From an uncultured Rivularia sp. (lineage in GTDB: Bacteria; Cyanobacteriota; Cyanobacteriia; Cyanobacteriales; Nostocaceae), in NCBI GenBank assembly GCA_963665115.1, contig OY762007.1:2336001-2400000 (forward strand): a stretch of DNA of 64,000 nt. Direction: 5' to 3'. Positions 1 to 8,983 of this stretch are shown here, piece by piece; the first letter of the stretch is position 1, and the number at the start of each line of letters is the position of its first letter. The notes beneath the pieces were generated by a model. That model ran no database searches. It saw only the letters and a list, made by a program, of their open reading frames with translations, and was not told the DNA's origin. Both the position numbers and the translations under genes were made by a program.

Positions 1-196
1 TGTAGCTACAGCAGATAGTTCTATGCAGCAAGCTCAAAACTGTGAATTTTAAAGAAAGTGCTGGCGTTAAATCAACAACACCTGTTCGCAAAATCTCCGA
101 ATCGAAACTTCCAAAAAATAATTTATCCTGCCGTAGAAAGTATCTTGCTCCCTGGATGCCTCAAGCTAGCTTTCCGCGCTCGCACTATCCAATCTG

Positions 197-323
197 CGAC
201 TTCACCACATAAGTTATGCGGGGGATAAGTAGTGGGAGCCGGAAAACTCGCTCGTCATCTCCAGGGAGCGAGACGCTCCCACTACAAATGTATTACCCAG
301 CCTTCATTAATGTGGTGAAGTAC
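197..323. mobile_element. MITE with the terminal inverted repeats of the IS630 at 35371-36680, carrying a GTAG-type REP doublet
   Basis: Left end (cg)acttcaccacataagttatgcgggg and right end attaatgtggtgaagtac|TA match the IS630 TIR gtacttcaccacattaattttgcgggg. The interior has gtagtgggagcc...gggagcgagacgctcccactac. Confidence 0.75.
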
Positions 324-325
324 TA

Positions 326-430
326 GTACCGCTTCGCGGAAGTAAGAAGTAAGAAGTAAGAAGTAATAAGTTTGATTTTCTAGTCTTTTCAGCCATTTTT
401 AATGGTTGCCTTATTTACGCCGATTTGTAC
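326..430. mobile_element. Second TA-flanked MITE-like element abutting the first at a shared CTAG
   Basis: TA|gtaccgcttcgcggaagtaag ... cttatttacgccgatttgtac|TA: imperfect inverted ends beginning GTAC, with internal aagtaag 7-mer repeats. Confidence 0.55.
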
Positions 431-462
431 TAGATTGAATATTTTGTAATTTGGAAGTCTCT

Positions 463-921
463 TCATGCTTGCGATTTGTTTTGATTTCTGGTGGAAAGCC
501 CCATCGACTTAAGCAAACGAGTAATGTGGTAGTTACTAAAACTGATGCCTAATTCTTTTGCAAGATGTTTGTTTAACCATTGTGCCGTCCAACGTTCAAA
601 CGCATAACCGTACTCTCGCGGACTATTAGTTACAAGTTCTTTCAAACGTTGAGTATACTGTTCGTTGACGACTTTTGGTCTTCCAATCGGGGAATCATTC
701 CACTTATAAAACTGACCTGTTTTTACGATACAAATCCAGCATCGTGCAGCTTCTTGAGAGCAGCCTAATTTTTTGCATATTTGTGCCTGTGATTCACCAG
801 CGTCTGCAAGTAACATGATGTGAATACGACGACGAAATTCTGGACGTAAATCATGCTCAAGATTTTTTTGCAATAACTGACGTTGGCAAGATGTTAAGAA
901 TAAACTTTGAGCGACTTTCAT
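463..921 (-). CDS. Helix-turn-helix protein related to the IS630 transposase N-terminal (winged HTH) region, no DDE domain
   Basis: RRRIHIMLLADAG..QAQICKKLGCS..ARCW, GRP, and P..YGY...RWTAQWLNKHL...GIS motifs. 152 aa, and no catalytic ORF follows. Confidence 0.75.
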   Translation of the reverse strand: MKVAQSLFLTSCQRQLLQKNLEHDLRPEFRRRIHIMLLADAGESQAQICKKLGCSQEAARCWICIVKTGQFYKWNDSPIGRPKVVNEQYTQRLKELVTNSPREYGYAFERWTAQWLNKHLAKELGISFSNYHITRLLKSMGLSTRNQNKSQA

Positions 922-1197
922 TGTTTCTCCCTGGAATACTTCGATCCAATAACTGATTTAGGACTTTTGTTTATATAAAAAGGTAATTAATGTTGAATAC
1001 AGATATGTACCCAACCTTAAGTAATACGAAAGTTCTATTCTCGTTATCAGATGTGATTACTTAGTTACTGCGTCGCTCAAACAAGTTTTTCGCTAATTAC
1101 AGCCTAAAAATCTTTTTCTCTTTAAAAGGAGAGGCTTGTATCCTTGGCTAAGGTTCGCAGTAAGCGATACATCATCTACTACGAACCTGTTAATTTT

Positions 1198-2127
1198 TTA
1201 AATCACAAAATATTCGCTGAGGCTTGCTTCTCCTAAAGCTATTTTGAGACTAAACCGCTCTCCAGGTTCGCCACTTAAATCTAACTTAATATGCTGATTC
1301 GATTGTTCTGTAGTTGTATTTATTATTGCTTGTTCGTACTCGTCAAACAGGATTATTTGCAAGTTTGCAGGTAAATAGTTTTGACTTAAGCTAGGTTTGA
1401 GTTCTATAAGAATATTAGTATTTGACTTTGATTCTGTGGTGATGGTAACAATCAAAGCTATTAATTCTTTGTGAGTTCCCAATTCTAAAAGTTTGCAGCG
1501 CTTCAAATTAGCTGCTTTAGATTTGCCTCTGAAAGCTAAAGCTGGCTGAGCGGCTCGTTCACCCAAAATTTCTACAGACTCCCAACCTGTTTCAAAAATA
1601 TTATTAAACCATTGACTGAGGTTCGCTAATGGTCTAAGTTTATGCAAATATGAGGGTAAAGCAAAAAGTGATTCTAGATCGTTTAGACTTAAATCGACTA
1701 TTGCTGCTGTATTTGGCTTAAATCCTCGTAATATAGCTTCTTTTTGCTTCTCATCAATTTCTACAACTACATAGCCAATCCTTTCCAGACCAACTGAAGG
1801 CGGAATCTCACAACTTAAAGCTCCCTTTTTAACAGGACGACATTCTAAAATACCTTTACCAGTAATCCATAAATCGGCTACGTCTTCAGTTAATCGTATC
1901 GAAGAGTTCCAACTATCTCCGGCTGTAATATTAGTGGAAATACCGATAATACGCAAATAATTATTAACAGCGCATACAGCAAGGGTATTTAGATAAACTT
2001 GTTGTGCCTTATTCGAGATTGGGTTAGGTTGCTCGTTAGCAAATTGCCGCGCGATGTGTAATATTTCTGTTGTTAAGGGTATCGGAATCGACCAATCCTC
2101 ATTTGAAAATTGGTTATTTGTATTCAT
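1198..2127 (-). CDS. DUF1822 family protein (putative anti-sigma partner)
   Basis: ARQFA..Q...KAQQVYLNTLAV.AV..YL, ADL...GKG.LECRPV, RIGYVVV, NLSQWF..IFE.GW, C-terminal GEPGERFSLKIALG..S..EYFVI. Confidence 0.85.
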   Translation of the reverse strand: MNTNNQFSNEDWSIPIPLTTEILHIARQFANEQPNPISNKAQQVYLNTLAVCAVNNYLRIIGISTNITAGDSWNSSIRLTEDVADLWITGKGILECRPVKKGALSCEIPPSVGLERIGYVVVEIDEKQKEAILRGFKPNTAAIVDLSLNDLESLFALPSYLHKLRPLANLSQWFNNIFETGWESVEILGERAAQPALAFRGKSKAANLKRCKLLELGTHKELIALIVTITTESKSNTNILIELKPSLSQNYLPANLQIILFDEYEQAIINTTTEQSNQHIKLDLSGEPGERFSLKIALGEASLSEYFVI

Positions 2128-2139
2128 GGTGCTTGTTTT

Positions 2140-2820
2140 TTAAGTATGTTTAGCGCTGCTAGGAAGAGTAGTTGAACCTTCAATATAACCTTGGGAAAAA
2201 CCGAATTCCCGCAGCAAAGGCAAGCATCTACGGTTGTAAAATTTGGGTAAATCTTTTGCTTCCTGTGGATTTAGGTTAAATTCTGCCGCAATAGTTTTCC
2301 AGGAAAGCGTATCTGGAGGAAGCCGCCTTAGAATTAAAGCTTGAGCGTTAATTTCCGGGCGTTTTCGGAAGCAAATACTGCTTAGTCGGTTGTCTGAATC
2401 TTTTTGCACCCATAGGATAGTTTTTTCCCAGATTTCCATAGCTGGTTGAATATCTGGAGAGGCAACTATATCATCTATCGGGTTATTTACTCCTTGTTCT
2501 GTTTGTTTTGCGATAAGAAATCGTCGTTGTTGTCTATATTTACCATCTCGCATTCTCCTCAATCGCTTTTTAAGTTCATCATCAAGCCAAACAATCGGAC
2601 CTTTGATATCCGGATTGTATTCTTCTAGATGTTCGCAACAATACTCCCACATTTCTTGGAGAGCATCATTATAGTACGATGTATGTTCTTTCCAAAGCTT
2701 GCCAGATTTCATTACTAACAGATGCACCTTAGCCAACACTTGCTGACGCTCCAAGCTTTGGGGTGGATATTCACAGGCAGTAGTAATAAGTTGGCGGAGT
2801 TTTAAATCTAGCTCGTTCAT
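2140..2820 (-). CDS. Divergent sigma-70-like factor of the type found next to DUF1822
   Basis: LRQL...AC..PPQSLERQ..L, SGKLW, YNDALQE.W.Y.C...EEY.P (region-2-like) and a C-terminal HTH SWKTIAAEF...FYNRRCLP.LREFG. Lies 12 bp upstream of the DUF1822 gene. Confidence 0.7.
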   Translation of the reverse strand: MNELDLKLRQLITTACEYPPQSLERQQVLAKVHLLVMKSGKLWKEHTSYYNDALQEMWEYCCEHLEEYNPDIKGPIVWLDDELKKRLRRMRDGKYRQQRRFLIAKQTEQGVNNPIDDIVASPDIQPAMEIWEKTILWVQKDSDNRLSSICFRKRPEINAQALILRRLPPDTLSWKTIAAEFNLNPQEAKDLPKFYNRRCLPLLREFGFSQGYIEGSTTLPSSAKHT

Positions 2821-3242
2821 AGAATTATATACGAAAATGTTTTACATTACCCTTAAAAAGTGACGTATTAAAAAATACAGAAACTGCCAATTCAGAGTTT
2901 GTAATGACACTTATTGAAAATACACTTTCGTATATTATTATTCCGCGCTAGCTTAAAGAACGATATCTATAATGGACTCTTTTTTATCCTCACTACTACC
3001 TTTGTTTAGTTACTACGATTAACATAGAGGTTTTTCGCAGATTTTTGTTAATTATTTTTTAATTGGGGATTGGTGTTTGGATAATTATTTCAGTGGTAAG
3101 TATGCTCAAGTCTCGATAAAAATCACTGAAATAGTTAGCATATAGGGATTTCTACACTCAATGGTTAAGATTATTAATTACTTCCTTCCCGCTCTATAAT
3201 TACCTATCTCTCTTGTCTTGAAAAGTTGTTCTCGAAGAGATT

Positions 3243-3422
3243 GCCTCCGGCTCACATGGGGGAAACCACGCCACTTCTCTCAACGCGCTTATCCCGCGCA
3301 CGAGAGTGGCTCCCCAAAACGGACACCTTATGTCCAATAGCCCTATGTCCTCCGGACAGGCTAAGCTAACAGGCATAGCCTTCGGCAACGGACACGCACC
3401 GCTAACGCTGCGCTCTCTGCGT
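3243..3422. repeat. GC-rich nest of very small dispersed repeats (SDR-like elements)
   Basis: acgccacttctctcaacgcgcttatcccgcgcacgagagtggct hairpin inside gggggaaacc..cccc, plus nested tgtcc..ggaca(g/c)gc..gctaac units, in an otherwise AT-rich intergenic region. Confidence 0.6.
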
Positions 3423-3636
3423 CTAGTAAAGTTTTATTATACGTAATCATAAAGCCCGGAAAGGAGTAGTATCAATATTAAAGAAAGTTTCAAAGTCGAA
3501 AATAGACGTTGTTTGATGGATAAGATGTAGTAGTGTTTATGCGTTCACCGCAAGCTGTTCTGCAAGGCAATGTGGGGCAGGGATTATATTTACCAGATTC
3601 TTTATAATTCATGCTGTAAAATATTTTTTTAAGATA

Positions 3637-4845
3637 ATGAGACTTAAAGCATTTAATCATATAACAGGCTTTTTTCAGGAGAAAACTGTTGACTTTGAAG
3701 AAGAAAATCTATCTAAATGTCTTATTGGGAGACATCCAAATTGTGATTTTATTATTAATAGTCCTGAAGTAAGTCGGGTACATGGTATTATTTTGTATCA
3801 ACATGAAAATTATTATTATATTGACCTTGCCAGTACCGATGCCTCTCGCATTAATAATCAAACTATTTTCGTAAATCAAAGTTCTCTTTTGCAATTAGAT
3901 GACGTAATTCGGATTGGGAATTTTGTTGTTTTCCTGGAATTTGATAACACAAATTTGGATTTCGACAGCGATATTTTTTTCAATTCAGAAACACCGATCG
4001 CTCAAACTCCAATTCAACAGCAGCCTCAGCAGGGAGAATTTATAGTTAGATGCTCTAATATTATTCAAGAAACAGATAATGTCAAAACATTTTGTTTGAT
4101 TGCAGAACCGCCTATTTTATTTAACGGTATATCATTTAACTATAAACCGGGGCAGTTTACGATGTTAGACTTAGAAATTGGGGATAAACGAATAAAACGT
4201 CCTTACTTTATTTCTTCAAGTCCTTCACGGCCTTATAACTTAGAAATAACTGTTAAGCGCTTTTCTCCATCAACTTTTCAACCAGATTTAACTTTAGGCT
4301 TAGTTGCTAATTGGTTGTACGATTATTTAAAAGTTGGAGATAAGCTTAAAATAAGTCCGCCAATGGGCGATTTCAATTATTTTGAAAATTCTTATAAGAA
4401 ACTTTTATTTATCTGTTCTGATATCGGGATTACACCTTTGATGTCTATGTCTCGTTGGCTTTGCGATACTAATACCGATTTTTCGGTAATTCTTATATAC
4501 AGTGCCCGCACGCAAAAAGACATTATCTTCCGAGAAGAGTTAGAATTGATGGCTTTAAGATATCCTAATTTCAAGTTAGCGATTAATTTAACTAGTCAAG
4601 ACTTTGATTTAAGTTGGTCTGGATATAGGGGCAGATTGAATGAGACAATGCTATCAGAAATCGCTCCCGACTTGAAAGAACGTGTTGCCTATGTTTGCGG
4701 ATCTGAAAGTTTTATTGAAAGCGTTAAAATGACGTTAGAAGAGCTACAATTCCCAATGCATAATTATTATCCAGAAAGTTTTATATCGAAAGGTACTAAA
4801 CCCGCTTTAACAATAAAGGTAAAGGGTAATAAGTTTATATTTTGA
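3637..4845 (+). CDS. FHA domain fused to an FAD/NAD(P)-binding ferredoxin-reductase-type oxidoreductase (no C-terminal 2Fe-2S domain)
   Basis: FHA: IGRHPNCD..SPEVSRVHG..DLAS..SRIN. FNR-type: YKPGQF, RPYFISSSP, ITVKR, GITPLMSM, YSART, YVCG. Confidence 0.85.
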   Translation: MRLKAFNHITGFFQEKTVDFEEENLSKCLIGRHPNCDFIINSPEVSRVHGIILYQHENYYYIDLASTDASRINNQTIFVNQSSLLQLDDVIRIGNFVVFLEFDNTNLDFDSDIFFNSETPIAQTPIQQQPQQGEFIVRCSNIIQETDNVKTFCLIAEPPILFNGISFNYKPGQFTMLDLEIGDKRIKRPYFISSSPSRPYNLEITVKRFSPSTFQPDLTLGLVANWLYDYLKVGDKLKISPPMGDFNYFENSYKKLLFICSDIGITPLMSMSRWLCDTNTDFSVILIYSARTQKDIIFREELELMALRYPNFKLAINLTSQDFDLSWSGYRGRLNETMLSEIAPDLKERVAYVCGSESFIESVKMTLEELQFPMHNYYPESFISKGTKPALTIKVKGNKFIF

Positions 4846-5046
4846 AGGTAATAAATGAACATATATTGAATTCAAAATAAAAAATGCAAAATAAAAAATC
4901 AATTATATCTCAATTTTTAATTGTTCAATTAAGGATACAAGTTTCTTCTTTTAAGGAGAAAAAGATAAAAACGTATTATGACGCTTCAAGCCTCAGACTT
5001 TAGGTAATGGTAATTTCTAATTCTAAAATCCAAAATTGAATGGCTG

Positions 5047-7350
5047 ATGAGAAAATTAGTAGTGTTGAAACTTGATGGTGATTTGCGATCGCAAGTGCGA
5101 GTCACGTTAGAAATTGGTTACGAAGGGGCACGTCCAATTACGGAGGTTGCTTGTACCTTACCTGCCATGCCGCAGATGGTAAAAGCAATTGATGAATGGT
5201 ACTCGCTAAGCGGTAGTTTAAGTCAATTTACCCGTATTAAGGTTAATAAAATCGTTTATGGCTCTCTGTCCGAAAATAGGCGAGATTGCTATAAAAAAGC
5301 CTGCGAGTTACGTAATTATCTGAATGAATGGCTGATGTGCGATTCGTTTCGTCCGATTCGTGAAAAGTGGCTGAAATATTTGATGCCATCGGATGAAATA
5401 CGAGTATTAATTAGCACGAATAATCTACAGCTTAAAAAACTTCCCTGGCATTTATGGGATTTGGTCGATCGCGATTATCCCAAAGCTGAAATTACTTTGA
5501 GTGCTTATAATTCAGATCGAATACAGGTGCCGCAGACATCTATCTATGGAAAGAAAATTAAGATTTTAGCTATTTTAGGTAACAGCGATGGAATTGATGT
5601 CAGACAAGATAGAGAGTTGTTAGAAAATTTAAAAAATGCGGAAACAACTTTTTTAGTACAACCTCAACGACAAGAAATAAACGAACAGCTATGGAATCAA
5701 AATTGGAATATTTTATTTTTTGCCGGTCATAGTCAGACTGAAGACAATACGGGTAGAATCTATATTAATCAAGAAGATAGCCTGACAATTGCAGAACTTA
5801 GGTATGCTTTAAAAAATGCTGTTAATAACGGTTTGCAGTTAGCAATTTTTAATTCTTGCGATGGATTGGGATTGGTGAGCGAGCTACAAGATTTGTGTAT
5901 TGGGCAAATTATTGTCATGAAGGAACCAGTACCGGATTTTGTTGCTCAACAATTCTTAAAGTATTTTCTGACAACTTTTTCTGCTGGAGAGTCTATATAT
6001 ATTGCGGCTCGTAAAGCTAGAGAAAAATTACAAGGTTTAGAAGCAGAATATCCTGGTGCTAGCTGGCTGCCGATAATATGCGAACATTCCACAATTAAAC
6101 CGATGCAGTGGAAGCTAAGGGTTAATTCTCTAAAGAATTGCTTTAAAACATTGGTTTTAGCCAGTTTGTTAATGACAAGTTTAGTCGTGGGAGTACGGCG
6201 ACTGGGATTTCTGGAAAAATGGGAGCTACAGAATTACGATTTATTAATGCGATCGCGTCCCGATGAAGGACCTTCGGAAAGGTTATTGGTGGTGGGAATT
6301 AGAGAAACAGATTTTCAGCTACCCGAACAAAAAGATAGAAAAGGGTCTTTAGCTGATGGTGCATTACACAAGTTGTTACAAAAGCTTGAACCTCATCAAC
6401 CCAGAGCGATCGGGTTGGATATCTTTCGCGATTTTCCGGTAGACTCCGAACAACAACAATTAAAAACTCAATTAATAAAGAGCGATCGTTTTTTTGCAAT
6501 ATGTCATGTAGGGGAACCGAACGGAGAATCTCAGGGAATAGCACCTCCTCCAGAAATACCGGAACAGCGTCTTGGTTTCAGTAACGTTCTGCTTGATGAT
6601 GATGGTATTTTACGTCGTTACATTCTATCAATGGATGTAAGGAGTAGCTCGAATTGTCCTACTACCTGGTCTTTTGGTTTTCAATTGGCACTACATTATT
6701 TAAAAGATGAAGGAATTGCACCAAAATTTAACCAGGGAAATTGGCAATTAGGTGATGTTGTTTTTACACGTTTAAAACAACTTAATGGTGGCTATCAAAC
6801 AGCAGATACTTGGGGAAATCAGATATTACTTAATTATCGTTCCTATCGTTCTCCCAACCAAATTACCGATATAGTCTCTCTCGAAGATGTCTTAGCGGGT
6901 AGGCTGGCACCGGAACAAATCAAAGATAAGATTATTATTATTGGTGTAATGACTTCAACTTCCAGCGACCATTTTCGCACTCCTTACAGCGAGAAATTAC
7001 CACCATCTCAACAATACACTCCAGGAGCAATAGTACACGCTCAAATAGCTAGCCAGATACTGAATTCAGTGTTAGATAAACGTCCTTTGTTATCGGCAAT
7101 ATCACTTTGGGGAGAAATATTGTGGATTGGGACTTGGAGTTTTATTGGAGGAATTTTAGCTTTGCGGATTCGTTCGTTACGTTTATTAGTAGGTGCTAAT
7201 TTAATTGCTATTATAATTATATACGGAGCCTGCCTTGTTCTATTTATCAAAGGTGTTTGGTTGCCACTAATTCCGTCAAAATTAACACTGTTGTCAACTA
7301 CAGGATGTTTGGTAATTGTTTATAAATATAAACCACAACTGCGACTTTAA
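5047..7350 (+). CDS. CHAT (caspase-like) protease - TM - CHASE2 sensor - 3 TM membrane protein
   Basis: LPWHLW, FFAGHS (His codon 5728-5730), AIFNSCDG (Cys codon 5857-5859), VMKEPVPD..AQQFL. Hydrophobic segment, then CHASE2 motifs RAIGLDIFRD, GFSNV..D.DG.LRR, PGAIVHAQ, then C-terminal TMs. Confidence 0.88.
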   Translation: MRKLVVLKLDGDLRSQVRVTLEIGYEGARPITEVACTLPAMPQMVKAIDEWYSLSGSLSQFTRIKVNKIVYGSLSENRRDCYKKACELRNYLNEWLMCDSFRPIREKWLKYLMPSDEIRVLISTNNLQLKKLPWHLWDLVDRDYPKAEITLSAYNSDRIQVPQTSIYGKKIKILAILGNSDGIDVRQDRELLENLKNAETTFLVQPQRQEINEQLWNQNWNILFFAGHSQTEDNTGRIYINQEDSLTIAELRYALKNAVNNGLQLAIFNSCDGLGLVSELQDLCIGQIIVMKEPVPDFVAQQFLKYFLTTFSAGESIYIAARKAREKLQGLEAEYPGASWLPIICEHSTIKPMQWKLRVNSLKNCFKTLVLASLLMTSLVVGVRRLGFLEKWELQNYDLLMRSRPDEGPSERLLVVGIRETDFQLPEQKDRKGSLADGALHKLLQKLEPHQPRAIGLDIFRDFPVDSEQQQLKTQLIKSDRFFAICHVGEPNGESQGIAPPPEIPEQRLGFSNVLLDDDGILRRYILSMDVRSSSNCPTTWSFGFQLALHYLKDEGIAPKFNQGNWQLGDVVFTRLKQLNGGYQTADTWGNQILLNYRSYRSPNQITDIVSLEDVLAGRLAPEQIKDKIIIIGVMTSTSSDHFRTPYSEKLPPSQQYTPGAIVHAQIASQILNSVLDKRPLLSAISLWGEILWIGTWSFIGGILALRIRSLRLLVGANLIAIIIIYGACLVLFIKGVWLPLIPSKLTLLSTTGCLVIVYKYKPQLRL

Positions 7351-7494
7351 GATAGTTCCAACTTACGGTTGATATCGCTCGGAGTAAAATTTTTATACAA
7401 TGTGCAGGGAATAGAGATGTACGCTTATTTTTTTGAAGCGTAGAACGCATACTATACCTTTCAGAATATGCACAATAGCCCTATGTAATTGATT

Positions 7495-8361
7495 ATGCTT
7501 AAAAACCAATACTATCAGCAATTATTAAAGTTTTTATTTGTAACAAATTTAATATTTATAAATTCCATACCCGTTACTGCTCAAAAAACAAATCCATCTA
7601 CAAATAGAAAAACAAATAATACATCCCAACCAAATAAAAAGAAACCAGAAAATAGAAATAACTTTAATCGAAAGCGTCATCAAGAAACACCCCCACGCAG
7701 TAGAGTCCGTGGGAACTCTGTATACTTTAGACAACCCCAAAGGCAAGGAACACCACAAGGTACGAGAGCAGCAGGAAGTCGTAATAGTTGTCCAATAGCA
7801 GAAGAAATGCCACTGAGCGCTTTAGTACCGATTACGAAAAAAGCAGATGGAAGAGAATTACGTTGGGGGTTAACAACGAAAGAAAATCCAACATTTTGGT
7901 TTTACGTTCCCCATAAATTAAAATCTATAAAAAATGCTAAATTTTCTTTACGAAATCGGCGAAACAACACGATTTACGAAAAAGAATTACAGCTGGCTGA
8001 TACACCGGGATTAATTAGCGTTTCCCTTCCAGCTAATGCACTATCTTTAAAAGTTGGTGAATGGTATCAATATTATTTATTTATGGATATTGACTGTAAT
8101 TTAAACAGATCTCGTAAAGAATTCGCTCAAGCATGGGTGAAAAGAGAAGCAATTGCTTCTGGTTTTGAATCTAAATTGGAAAGAATATCTCCACGTCAGC
8201 GAGGATTATTCTACGCAAAAAATGGTATTTGGTATGATGCGATGGTATCTTTTGCCAAACTTAAATATGCATCTGGAACAAACTCAGAGTGGATGCAAAT
8301 GTTAGACTCGATCGGTTTAAGTGAATTTTCTCAGATACCAGTAATTGATTGCTGTAAGTAA
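7495..8361 (+). CDS. Secreted DUF928 domain protein
   Basis: Signal-peptide-like N-terminus; G...AAGSR..C, L.ALVP, WGLTT.ENPTFWFYVP, YAKNGIWYDA, W..ML.SIGL, C-terminal CC. Confidence 0.88.
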   Translation: MLKNQYYQQLLKFLFVTNLIFINSIPVTAQKTNPSTNRKTNNTSQPNKKKPENRNNFNRKRHQETPPRSRVRGNSVYFRQPQRQGTPQGTRAAGSRNSCPIAEEMPLSALVPITKKADGRELRWGLTTKENPTFWFYVPHKLKSIKNAKFSLRNRRNNTIYEKELQLADTPGLISVSLPANALSLKVGEWYQYYLFMDIDCNLNRSRKEFAQAWVKREAIASGFESKLERISPRQRGLFYAKNGIWYDAMVSFAKLKYASGTNSEWMQMLDSIGLSEFSQIPVIDCCK

Positions 8362-8983
8362 GTCGGCGTGAATCGAGGTATTCGGTTGCATGAGGGCGTT
8401 CACCGGAGGTGCTGCTCAGAGAAAGGCTCATCGCAACCGTTTCAAGCTTTTTACATTTCGTAATATAGTTAGTTTATGTTAGGTACGGCAACTAATGTTT
8501 TACCCGAAGAAGCAGGAATTCCTTTTGCTGTTGAAGATAATTTACTGATAGTTATTGATGATAATTATTTAAAACTTTCGCAGCCGTAAAATTCCCCCAA
8601 CTCCTTTATAAAAGCTATTTATTACCCGAATTTTTCTCAACAAAACTATAAATGATATTAAATCCGGTTACGCCGGAATGATAAAAAGCCTTATTATATG
8701 CAGAGAGCGCAGAAGAAGAAAAAAGAGAGGAATTTTAAATAATTCCTTAAATAATTGCGATACAAACGGAAAAGAAGTTACTTAAAACAATAGCGAAACT
8801 CTTGATAGAGATAGAAGATTTTAGATTAGTAGGTTACACAATTTTAATCCTTCTCTTAAAAAATAATTTAATTATCTAAGCCGAATTACTAGATTCGTGT
8901 TTTAATAACAACATTCGCGGAACCTCGGTAACGCTAAAACACTCATAAAGTACACATAAAATAAAAGAATTACCGCTACTCGA

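Noticed and set aside
463..921. Second complete IS630 element
   Set aside because: No DDE ORF and no TIR pair enclosing the gene.
3200..3388. 62-aa ORF or structured ncRNA in the GC-rich patch
   Set aside because: Better explained by nested small repeats; no recognised RNA family motif.
8651..8780. Additional MITE around a GCAGAGAGCGCAGA repeat
   Set aside because: The ends (atattaaatccg / cggaaaagaagtta) are too degenerate to support.
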